This document shows, piece after piece, positions 9,012 to 17,244 of a stretch of 38,880 bases of DNA. Positions within the stretch are counted from its first letter, which is position 1. Every line of letters begins with the position of its first letter. The stretch spans positions 1 through 38,880 of the forward strand of contig CAYVAZ010000006.1 in NCBI GenBank assembly GCA_964449065.1, read 5' to 3'. The position numbers were made by a program, and so were the translations under genes. This DNA comes from an uncultured bacterium. GTDB taxonomy: Bacteria; Hinthialibacterota; Hinthialibacteria; Hinthialibacterales; Hinthialibacteraceae. The notes beneath the pieces were generated by a model that saw only the letters and a list, made by a program, of their open reading frames with translations, did not search any database and was not told where the DNA came from.

Positions 9012-10151
9012 ATGAAACATACCAAGTATGATATTCTTCAATTTATTCTGTATTTCCGGGTGTTCCTGCGGAGCCTTCCGCCCGCTCTAGGGATATCGTT
9101 ATTCTTATTACTCACATGGTTTGAACAACCGTCTTACCGTTTACCAAGCAAAGAATTGCTTCAACTGATAGACACCATACAAAAACAAGCGGATGAAATA
9201 AAATATTTGCAATATGAAGAAAGGTTTGATGTAAAAACACCACCTTATTTCAACACTTTAGAAGAAGCAGAGGATTATTCACGCTCAGATCTCATGAAAC
9301 CGGTTTGGGATGGTACTTATACGCCATCGAAAGTGGATAACTATAAAGAAACATTAGACTTAATCTCCAAATTGATTGATCACAATGCCCGACAGTTATA
9401 CAAAGGCAGTACAAAACCGGACTCTCATCGTTATGCCTTCAAAATACTTGGACGTAAATCTTTCCTACTTCATATTTATGATAAACAAGGAATGATTGAA
9501 TCCCGTATAATACGTGATGGAGTTGACGCAATGATGTATTATACCCATCCAAGAACCGGACGTACTGTTCCTGAATTATTGATGGTCAATGCGTCCAATA
9601 CAACTCGGGTTATGAATGATTTGTTTAGTATTGAAAAGCTATTAGAGGATTTGAACGAATATGAATGGATGAGCATACCAATGTCAAATCATGAAACTGC
9701 TTGGATTGGATTTGGTATCCCGGGATATTTTGCGGAAAAACTTCGATTTGAAATCCATATTAAGAACCATGATGGATGGCTGGTTCCAATGTATGTAAAT
9801 ACATCATCTCAAACGATTCCTTCCCCAAAAGCTACTCCAAATAAACAAGCAAAAGTAGAAAGAAGAGAAGTACTGTTCAGAAATTTTAAGAAACTTAGAG
9901 ATAATATTTATGTTGGCGATAAATATCAAATCTTAAATTGGCACAAGTTCAACAATCTTCCCATGATTCAATTTATAAGAAATGTTATCGTCACAAATAT
10001 TGACTCAAAAAATATATTAGATAAGTCTGACATTGATGTTTTATTCCCTGCCAATACTAAAATAGATAATTTATCTTATATAAATTATGATCGTAAAGTT
10101 TTGTCAAAAGAATTATTATTCTCAGAACTATTGTCGAATAAACATAATTAG
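9012..10151 (+). CDS. Hypothetical membrane-anchored/exported protein, possibly LolA-like beta-rich fold
   Basis: 379-aa AT-rich ORF with one N-terminal hydrophobic segment, a beta-strand-like pattern and C-terminal NILDKSDIDVLFPANTKIDN. The fold call is inference. Confidence 0.55.
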   Translation: MKHTKYDILQFILYFRVFLRSLPPALGISLFLLLTWFEQPSYRLPSKELLQLIDTIQKQADEIKYLQYEERFDVKTPPYFNTLEEAEDYSRSDLMKPVWDGTYTPSKVDNYKETLDLISKLIDHNARQLYKGSTKPDSHRYAFKILGRKSFLLHIYDKQGMIESRIIRDGVDAMMYYTHPRTGRTVPELLMVNASNTTRVMNDLFSIEKLLEDLNEYEWMSIPMSNHETAWIGFGIPGYFAEKLRFEIHIKNHDGWLVPMYVNTSSQTIPSPKATPNKQAKVERREVLFRNFKKLRDNIYVGDKYQILNWHKFNNLPMIQFIRNVIVTNIDSKNILDKSDIDVLFPANTKIDNLSYINYDRKVLSKELLFSELLSNKHN

Positions 10152-10152
10152 C

Positions 10153-10186
10153 TAAGGAGGTGGTGTCTATGGATGTTCAAGATTAG
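10153..10186 (+). promoter_or_regulatory. Very strong Shine-Dalgarno sequence driving a pentapeptide ORF (MDVQD)
   Basis: TAAGGAGGTGGT at 10153-10164, ATG at 10169 and TAG at 10184-10186. Confidence 0.5.
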
Positions 10187-10254
10187 CAATCTAGGACTTT
10201 TGATGTCGAAGGTGGAAGTCGAAACAATAAATATAAGTTTGAAAGGACAAGACA

Positions 10255-10627
10255 ATGGAAAATATTGTTCAACACCGTATCTTGATCTTGATGCTCGTAT
10301 TGGTGGTAGGTGCATTTTTTTGTACCGAATAACTCATATTCCGGCTATCAATGTGTTCAAGGATGGGAATCTAATCAAAGTGGTTGCACTCCCGGTCATC
10401 TAAATACATTTTGTATAGAAGGTAAAATCCTCACTTGCTGTATGTCAGGTGGTAGCGGTACTGAATGTTCTAACACAACCGGATTTGTCTCAAGAGTTTG
10501 GCATGATTACAGTACTTGCACTTCTAATGTATGCCTCTGGCGTGGTGGTGGAAATCGTTATAGAGGAGGTAACTTTTGTGGTTCCGCTGGTTTTGTCACA
10601 GATTTAAATGGCTGCACGGTAAATTGA
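10255..10627 (+). CDS. Secreted cysteine-rich mini-protein (10 Cys), frameshifted in a T7 tract as assembled
   Basis: RBS AAAGGA and ATG 10255 give MENIVQHRILILMLVLVVGAFF. Removing one T from 10315-10321 fuses this to VPNNSYSGYQC...GCTVN, giving 123 aa with 10 Cys. Confidence 0.72.
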
Positions 10628-10635
10628 GGTATTAC

Positions 10636-12066
10636 ATGCTTAACACTTCGTTAATTTCAGCGCTTGCTATATTGACTTTGACAACAGGAATATTGCTGTA
10701 TTTTCCTGCGGAAGACGGTGATATATGGTGGCATATCGCTGTAGGGAAAGAAATTGTGGAAAATGGAGCGATTCCTCAAACAGATTCGTGGACATTTACC
10801 GCGGACGGTCATGAATCTTATTACCATTCATGGCTGTCCGCTGTACTTTTCTTTTTTATTTGGGGTTTGACTGGCGACATAGGAATTTTAATTTGCAAAT
10901 ATGCCGTTCATTTAACAACTTGTTTTTTGGCTTTTTATACAGCCCGCCGTTGGCTTTCCGTTCCTTATTCCGTTTGTATTCTGTTTTTCACTGCATATTG
11001 GTTGTCTACCATTTCAGTGCGCCCAGATATATTCAATCCTTTGTTTACGCTTTTATTATTTTCTATACTCACAAAATCAAACGATGTTAAAATGGATGCA
11101 GCAGGGGTTGTATCGCTAGGTTTGTGGGCGAATTTGCAAGGCGGATTTATCATCGGACTCATTCTTTGGTGTGTATGCCATTTTGTTAAAATATGTTTTT
11201 CTATTATCAGCAAGTCTTCAGTGAAGACCATACTATATTATGCCGGTATATTGTTAATCGGTATATTCGTGACGTTGATTAATCCTTACGGTATGCAAAT
11301 ATTTACAATAATCCTGGAAGGCTCAAACCATCCCACAGCGGATTGGGAAAACATGCGCTTTTTTGCCGGGCTGAATGTTGATGTTATCACGCTGTATGTA
11401 TTTATTGGGTCTGTTTTGATTCTACTCGCCACGGTACCAATGGCAGAATCGTTGGAAGACCTCTTGTTGCTTTCTTGCGGTTTTGTCTGTTTGGGGATAG
11501 CGTATACAGCGGTACGCTTAAACTGGCTTCTCGTTCTTCCTTCTATAACATCTTTATACTCAGTACGTTATATTGGATTACGGAAAGCGCCTGCGGATGA
11601 ACCGCCAAATAATATTGAATTATTTTATGACAATATTTCATTAAAGCACTATATTTTAATTGGGTCGGTGTTTGGTTTTCTTTGGTTTCAAAAAATCGAT
11701 TATCAACAATGGCACACCCACCGTTTACCGCTTTCATTTTTTAACGGTGTGGATGTGGAGGAAATGAGAGGCAGAATATTTTGCCCGCTGGTATGGAGTG
11801 GCAGGGTTACCTTGCTGACAAATGGTAAGGTCAAAACCTACATTGACGGTAGAATGTTTCTTTACCCGTATTTGTTTTTCCGGGATTATTTGCATATTTT
11901 ATCTTACCAGGGATTGACCGAGCATCAAATCAAAGCGTATCAAATCAATTATTTACTACTTCCAGTTGGCTCGGTTCCTCACTTTTCTGCTTCTTCCATA
12001 CCGCTTCAATGGGATGTACTGCATCAAGATGATTCTGCTGTGTTAATGAAACGAAAGGACACATAA
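10636..12066 (+). CDS. GT-C fold membrane glycosyltransferase-like protein
   Basis: DGDIWWHIAVGKEI, YHSWLS, VRPDIF, LWANLQGGF, LINPYG and YIDGR, with many TM helices. GAGGT precedes ATG 10636. Confidence 0.75.
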   Translation: MLNTSLISALAILTLTTGILLYFPAEDGDIWWHIAVGKEIVENGAIPQTDSWTFTADGHESYYHSWLSAVLFFFIWGLTGDIGILICKYAVHLTTCFLAFYTARRWLSVPYSVCILFFTAYWLSTISVRPDIFNPLFTLLLFSILTKSNDVKMDAAGVVSLGLWANLQGGFIIGLILWCVCHFVKICFSIISKSSVKTILYYAGILLIGIFVTLINPYGMQIFTIILEGSNHPTADWENMRFFAGLNVDVITLYVFIGSVLILLATVPMAESLEDLLLLSCGFVCLGIAYTAVRLNWLLVLPSITSLYSVRYIGLRKAPADEPPNNIELFYDNISLKHYILIGSVFGFLWFQKIDYQQWHTHRLPLSFFNGVDVEEMRGRIFCPLVWSGRVTLLTNGKVKTYIDGRMFLYPYLFFRDYLHILSYQGLTEHQIKAYQINYLLLPVGSVPHFSASSIPLQWDVLHQDDSAVLMKRKDT

Positions 12067-12099
12067 ATCATAAGATGCAGGTTTGAAAGGAATTCAATC

Positions 12100-12774
12100 A
12101 TGATAAAAGGTGCCTTCACTCTCATTGAACTGCTCATCGTGGTTGCGATTGTCGGTATCCTCGCGGCAATAGCAATCCTTAATTTTCGTAATGCACATGT
12201 CCGTGCTCAAGTCGTTCAATCACAATTTGACCTTAAAAATCTGGATATTTCGATTAAACAATTAATGATTGATAAAAATGTAATGTTGGTTGATTTGGAT
12301 GATAGAAAATATTCGTGGGCTAAAAAAAGGATTGATAATGTCTTTCACGGAATCGGACATGAAAGATTATCATTTCCTGATTTTAATATTATCATGTCGC
12401 CTTTAACTTCTCCTACTCCATATTTAAATCAACTTCCTGATGATCCTTTTATAACTAAACTTCAGAACACTGATGATGAATTTAACTTTTATTCACATGA
12501 TACCTATATATATATTGATAATGATCCTGCAGAAATAAAAAATAATGATTTTTCATCTATGAAGTATTATAAAAAGAGTGACCCTGTTTTTCATGATCCA
12601 ATTATATTAAATGAAAGTGAATATTTATTGCATGGTATGGGACCTGGTTATACACGCGTTTTTGATGGTGAGAATGAAGTATATTTGTTCCATAATATAC
12701 CCTATCAACCAACCAATGGTGTATACAGTTTTGGAATTATGATGCTGCATTCAGGCGAGGGGTTGATTCAATGA
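12100..12774 (+). CDS. Type IV pilin / type II secretion pseudopilin-like protein
   Basis: Class III signal KGA/FTLIELLIVVAIVGILAAIA with Glu+5, plus LTSPTPYL...PDDPF and C-terminal YQPTNG. Confidence 0.88.
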   Translation: MIKGAFTLIELLIVVAIVGILAAIAILNFRNAHVRAQVVQSQFDLKNLDISIKQLMIDKNVMLVDLDDRKYSWAKKRIDNVFHGIGHERLSFPDFNIIMSPLTSPTPYLNQLPDDPFITKLQNTDDEFNFYSHDTYIYIDNDPAEIKNNDFSSMKYYKKSDPVFHDPIILNESEYLLHGMGPGYTRVFDGENEVYLFHNIPYQPTNGVYSFGIMMLHSGEGLIQ

Positions 12775-12778
12775 TGAG

Positions 12779-12825
12779 TGATCAATGAAACGGAATCAAT
12801 CTCATTTCGTCTGTTTCATTCATCA
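12779..12825. terminator. Hairpin between the convergent pilin gene and gatB
   Basis: TGATCAATGAAACGGA ... TCTGTTTCATTCATCA, 14/16 inverted match. Confidence 0.4.
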
Positions 12826-12862
12826 GTCCGCAATCTTGAAATCATCAGCTGCACCGAAAATC

Positions 12863-14302
12863 TTACCCCCGAATCTTCTTCGTCAGCATCACTTTCACCT
12901 GATCGGGGCTGGCTTTGCCGCGGGATTTCTTCATGACCAGGCCCATGAGGAAGTTGAGGGTGCTATCCTTGCCCCCCTTGAACGATTCGACCGGATCGGG
13001 GTTTTCGGAGATGACTTCGTCAACCCATTTTTCCAACTCGCCGCTGTCACTCACCGCTTCCAAGCCTTTTTCCCGCACGATCTTGGCGGGCATGGCCCCG
13101 GCTTGCAGCATTTCTTTCATCACCTTCTTGGCGATGTTGGTGTTGATCTTGCCGTCCGCGATCAGCTGGGCGAGTTCGACAAAATGCGCCGGGGTGATGG
13201 GCAGGTCGGATATCTCGCTGTCTTCGTCTTTGAGTTCAGCAAGGACATAGGTCATGATCCAGTTGCTGAAGGTTTTGGGTTCGTTGCGCTGCTTGCAGCA
13301 TTCGTCAAAGAAATCAGCGACTTTGCGGTCGGCGGCGATGACCCCGGCGTCGTATTCGGGGAGACCGTAGTCCGCCGCGAAGCGTTTGCGCTTGGCGTCG
13401 CGCAGTTCGGGCAGAGCGGCCTTGAGTTCATCAAGGTAGGGCTGCTCAAGCCGGATGAGCGGCAGGTCGGGTTCGGGGAAATAGCGGTAATCCTTGGCGC
13501 CTTCCTTCACCCGCATCGAGCGTGTTTCGCCCTTTTCGTCATCCCACAAGCGGGTTTCCTGCACCACTTTGCCGCCGTCTTCGATGCGTTCGGTCTGGCG
13601 CGCGTATTCATACTCATACGCGCGCAGCACGGCTTTGATCGAGCCCACGTTTTTGATCTCCACCTTGGTGCCGAATTCGTTTTGCCCCGCCGGGCGTACC
13701 GATATATTCAACTCAAAGCGCAATGAACCTTCCTGCATTTTGCAGTCGCTGACTTCGATATAGCGCAGCAGATTGCGCAGGGTCTGCATGAAGGCTTCGG
13801 TTTCTTCCAGGCTGCGCAGGTCGGGCTGGCTGACGATTTCCAGCAGGCTGGTGCCCGCGCGGTTGAGATCAACCAGCGTGATGTGCTTGCCGCCGCGGGT
13901 TTCGTGGATGTTTTTGCCCGCGTCTTCTTCCAGGTGGATGTTGTGGATGCCGATGTCTTTCTCGCTGCCGTCCTTGAGGCGGATGGTGAGACGGCCGCCG
14001 CGCGCCAGCGGCCGGTGTTCCTGCGAAATTTGGTAGTTCTTGGGCAGATCGGGGTAGTAGTAGTTTTTGCGGTCGAATTCGGTGATTTCGGGGATATCGC
14101 AATCCATCGCGAGCGCGACCTTGAGCGCCATCTCCATCGAGACGCGGTTGAGCACCGGCAGCGTGCCCGGCAGCCCCAGCGTGATGGGGTCGGTATGCGA
14201 ATTGGGTTCGCCCCCGAACTCGGCTTTGCAAGGGGTAAACACCTTCGATTTGGCGATCAGCTCAACATGGGTTTCCAGTCCAACAACGGTTTCAAATTGC
14301 AT
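12863..14302 (-). CDS. gatB: Asp/Glu-tRNA amidotransferase subunit B
   Basis: VGLETHVEL, FDRKNYYYPDLPKNYQISQ, HLEEDAGK, DLNRAGTSLLEIV and DYRYFPEPDL. Confidence 0.98.
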   Translation of the reverse strand: MQFETVVGLETHVELIAKSKVFTPCKAEFGGEPNSHTDPITLGLPGTLPVLNRVSMEMALKVALAMDCDIPEITEFDRKNYYYPDLPKNYQISQEHRPLARGGRLTIRLKDGSEKDIGIHNIHLEEDAGKNIHETRGGKHITLVDLNRAGTSLLEIVSQPDLRSLEETEAFMQTLRNLLRYIEVSDCKMQEGSLRFELNISVRPAGQNEFGTKVEIKNVGSIKAVLRAYEYEYARQTERIEDGGKVVQETRLWDDEKGETRSMRVKEGAKDYRYFPEPDLPLIRLEQPYLDELKAALPELRDAKRKRFAADYGLPEYDAGVIAADRKVADFFDECCKQRNEPKTFSNWIMTYVLAELKDEDSEISDLPITPAHFVELAQLIADGKINTNIAKKVMKEMLQAGAMPAKIVREKGLEAVSDSGELEKWVDEVISENPDPVESFKGGKDSTLNFLMGLVMKKSRGKASPDQVKVMLTKKIRG

Positions 14303-14464
14303 GGCAATACCTCTGTAAAATATGAATAGAATAATTTAACTCTGACAACTTTTTGAAGTAGGGGCACATGCTAATTGAGATTGTTTAAAATGAGTATCAC
14401 TGATTACCACCGCAGTCCCTACGTTGGCAATGAGAAATAAAGTAGCCTGCTTAGATAATAGGGA

Positions 14465-14515
14465 TTAGAGTATATATTTGCCGCAATCGATTTCGAAACA
14501 GCCGCAGCATTCTAG
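14465..14515 (+). pseudogene. Tiny relic of a DnaQ-like exonuclease N-terminus
   Basis: Reads LEYIFAAIDFETAAAF* between stop codons. FAAIDFETA matches the ExoI motif. Confidence 0.35.
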
Positions 14516-14679
14516 AACCCTTATAGAGGAAAGGGTATGCAAGATTCAAATACGGACTTTTTGATTGGTTCCGTTTTCTCTCGTTTACAATTTCCAATCT
14601 TTACTACAGGTAAGGATTATCAGTTGTATGCAAAACATTTGCCTATCAAATTCCATGCATTTCACAATACATAAATCCC

Positions 14680-15507
14680 TTACACAATTTCTTCACTGAA
14701 AGTGACGTAGGGAAAGCATTCGGGAATGTGAGAGTCGTAAACACCATTGCGGTTCCAGGCCCAGCCGGGGTGGGGTTCGAGGTAATGGCCGCAGTGGTTC
14801 ATGCGTTGGAAGCGGGAAAACTCAATGCGCCATACATCGCCCTCTTTGGGGGGGAGCGGTCTTCCGTTGGCGAGATGCTTCATTCCATGCCAGGGGAAGG
14901 CGAGTTCGGCGGTCCAGCCTTTGTCGATATCGTTGTTGTCATTGATAGTGCCGTCAACATGTACAGCGGTTTTGATGCCGGGAAAATCCCAGTCACGGAA
15001 TGCCCAGCGTTTGCCGCGCGGGTGTTTTTGAAAGCGGCTGCCATCTTGGAAACCTCCCAAAATATCGATATCTTGTGTGAGCAGATCAAATTCCGGAATA
15101 TCAAAGCAGCTGCCTTTTTGATAGGCATCCTGCCAGATAAAAAATACCTCATAGATGGTGCCCAGTGCGTTAATTTCGAATTCGTAGTAGCAATCCCCGC
15201 CATCGATGAAGACCTCGACATCGTTTTCCATATAGATGAGGGAATCGCGTTCGGTCAGTTCAGCCTGGATAAAGGGTTCTTCGATCCAAAAGCCGATGTA
15301 AAGATAATCTTCATCCCACAATGCGGCAGCGCGGGTGTCGTAGAAGCCGGGGGTGCCGCCGACGAGATCGACGAAGCGGGGGGATTTTTCGGCACGCTGC
15401 CAAGCGGGTTCATTAAGTTTGCCGTCGATGACGAGCGGTTCTGCTGCGCGTTTGCAGATATAGCGTGCGATTTCGTTATCTGAGATGGCGTTGGGATGAG
15501 ACATCAT
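14680..15507 (-). CDS. Carbohydrate-binding family 9-like (DOMON-like) protein
   Basis: IDGKLNEPAW, LWDEDYLYIGF, NDVEVFID, YYEFEINALG, GWTAELAFPW and WRIEFSR. Start placed at MMSHPN. Confidence 0.82.
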   Translation of the reverse strand: MMSHPNAISDNEIARYICKRAAEPLVIDGKLNEPAWQRAEKSPRFVDLVGGTPGFYDTRAAALWDEDYLYIGFWIEEPFIQAELTERDSLIYMENDVEVFIDGGDCYYEFEINALGTIYEVFFIWQDAYQKGSCFDIPEFDLLTQDIDILGGFQDGSRFQKHPRGKRWAFRDWDFPGIKTAVHVDGTINDNNDIDKGWTAELAFPWHGMKHLANGRPLPPKEGDVWRIEFSRFQRMNHCGHYLEPHPGWAWNRNGVYDSHIPECFPYVTFSEEIV

Positions 15508-15562
15508 TTTATGCTTTTTGACTGGTTTCAGAATTGTAAGAATTAAGAATATAGCGTGGCTT

Positions 15563-15592
15563 CTTACGTTGTATAGACTTACGTTGTATAGA
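15563..15592. repeat. Perfect 15-bp tandem duplication in a divergent promoter region
   Basis: CTTACGTTGTATAGA x2. Confidence 0.85.
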
Positions 15593-15617
15593 ATAGTGTA
15601 CATTTAAATGAGAAAGA

Positions 15618-16733
15618 GTGGAGAAAAGAAACGACATGAAGAAACGCGCGCCAAAATGGTTGGCAATGGTGGATGAAAAAAAAGTGGGTATCCGACGGGT
15701 GCTGTTGAATTGGTACCGCAAAAAGGCCCGTGATTTGCCCTGGCGGCGCAGCAAAGACCCGTATTCAATCTGGGTATCGGAAATCATGTTGCAGCAGACC
15801 CGTGTAGAAGCCGTTATTCCCTATTTCAACCGTTTTATGGACGCGTTTCCCAGAGTAGAAGATTTGGCCGCCGCCAAGCAAGACCATTTAATGAAACTGT
15901 GGGAAGGTTTAGGCTATTACAACCGCGCCGGCAATTTGCTGAAGGGTGCTGTTTATATTGTGAAGGAATTAGAAGGCCAAGTTCCCCAAACAGTGGAAGA
16001 GTGGTTAAAGGTGCCAGGTGTGGGTCAATATACTGCGGGGGCGGTTACCAGCATCGCGTTTGACCGGCCGGTTCCCATATTGGATGGCAATGTAAAGCGG
16101 GTATTGTCACGCCTGTTTGCGGTGAAGCGGAACATAGAAGATACCAAGACAAAAGAGGCCTGTTGGCTGGCAGCGGAAAAACTTGTCCCGCAAAAGCATG
16201 CGGGAGATTTTAATCAAGCATTGATGGAGTTAGGCGCAACCATATGTTTGCCCAGTCAGCCCAAATGCGGTCGTTGTCCCGCATCAACATATTGCGCGGG
16301 TTTTGCAAGCGGCCACCCAACAAACTATCCGGTGAAAAAAAAGAAGGCTAAGGTCCCGCATGTACAGGTCGTGGCGGCGGTGATTAAAAAGAACGGGCGT
16401 TTTATGTTGGGCAAACGGCCTGAAGGAAAACTGTTGGCGGGGTTGTGGGAGTTTCCCGGAGGGAAAGTGGAACCGGGTGAGACGAATGAAGCAGCACTAA
16501 TCCGTGAGTTGCAGGAAGAATTAGGGATTGCGGTTGCGGTGAGCGGGAAGCTGGCTGAGGTCAATCATGCCTATTCACACTACCGGGTAACCCTGCATTT
16601 TTATGTGTGCCATATCATAAAAGGAAAACCGAAGACGTTGTATCACAGTGAATTGAAGTGGATTCCTAAAAGTCGGTTGGATGAATTTGCACTGCCGAAG
16701 GCCAATTTAAAGATGCTGCATTTATTGCCATAG
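15618..16733 (+). CDS. mutY: A/G-specific adenine glycosylase MutY with a C-terminal Nudix domain
   Basis: RDLPWR, WVSEIMLQQT, WEGLGYY, HhH-GPD motif VPGVGQYTAGA...LDGNVKRV, 4Fe-4S motif CLPSQPKCGRCPASTYC and GLWEFPGGK. Confidence 0.96.
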   Translation: MEKRNDMKKRAPKWLAMVDEKKVGIRRVLLNWYRKKARDLPWRRSKDPYSIWVSEIMLQQTRVEAVIPYFNRFMDAFPRVEDLAAAKQDHLMKLWEGLGYYNRAGNLLKGAVYIVKELEGQVPQTVEEWLKVPGVGQYTAGAVTSIAFDRPVPILDGNVKRVLSRLFAVKRNIEDTKTKEACWLAAEKLVPQKHAGDFNQALMELGATICLPSQPKCGRCPASTYCAGFASGHPTNYPVKKKKAKVPHVQVVAAVIKKNGRFMLGKRPEGKLLAGLWEFPGGKVEPGETNEAALIRELQEELGIAVAVSGKLAEVNHAYSHYRVTLHFYVCHIIKGKPKTLYHSELKWIPKSRLDEFALPKANLKMLHLLP

Positions 16734-16745
16734 GCAGCATAAAAT

Positions 16746-17009
16746 TTAAAACTCTTCTTCCTCATCGCTGTCCCCTGTGGTTTCAAGCAAATACACCCTA
16801 GTTTCGAGCTTCTCCGCCCGGTTGACCACGGTTTCAATATCGCGGCGGGACTGATCGAGGTCGGTTTTCATTCGTTTCGCGATTTTTTCCAGTTCCGCGA
16901 CGGTCACTTTTTCTTTTTGAGGATCCCGGATTTTCGTGGATAAATTAAACCATAAATAGCCAATACCGAAAATCAGCAAAAATTGAATAAAATCTATTAT
17001 ATATTCCAA
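16746..17009 (-). CDS. Small membrane-anchored coiled-coil hypothetical protein
   Basis: N-terminal TM helix, coiled-coil-like segment and acidic tail. AGGAG precedes the TTG start. Confidence 0.65.
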   Translation of the reverse strand: MEYIIDFIQFLLIFGIGYLWFNLSTKIRDPQKEKVTVAELEKIAKRMKTDLDQSRRDIETVVNRAEKLETRVYLLETTGDSDEEEEF

Positions 17010-17244
17010 CAGAAAGCTCCTTTGGTTTTGTCATAGCCAAAAGTGAGAGAAAACTTCGATTTCTAGAATCAGACTTAGCAGTCCTTAAAATGGCCTTGAA
17101 TAATAGGCCAAAAACTCTATAGGGATTTTCCCTACATAACTCATTTATCATAGCCTTGAATCAAGAAGTGTAAATCATCATTCGATCTGGATGAATGTCA
17201 AGAAATCCAAGGTGGAAAGTGGAATAAATAACCGGATACACATA

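Noticed and set aside
10173-10403. 76-aa ORF after the strong SD
   Set aside because: Poorer SD spacing (12 nt from AGGAGG), no motif, and out-of-frame overlap with the better-supported signal peptide/Cys-rich gene.
12785-13726. 313-aa plus-strand ORF (and 13883-14329)
   Set aside because: Antisense shadow of GC-rich gatB with no recognisable motifs.
14728-15483. 251-aa plus-strand ORF
   Set aside because: Antisense to the CBM9-like gene, with no independent evidence.
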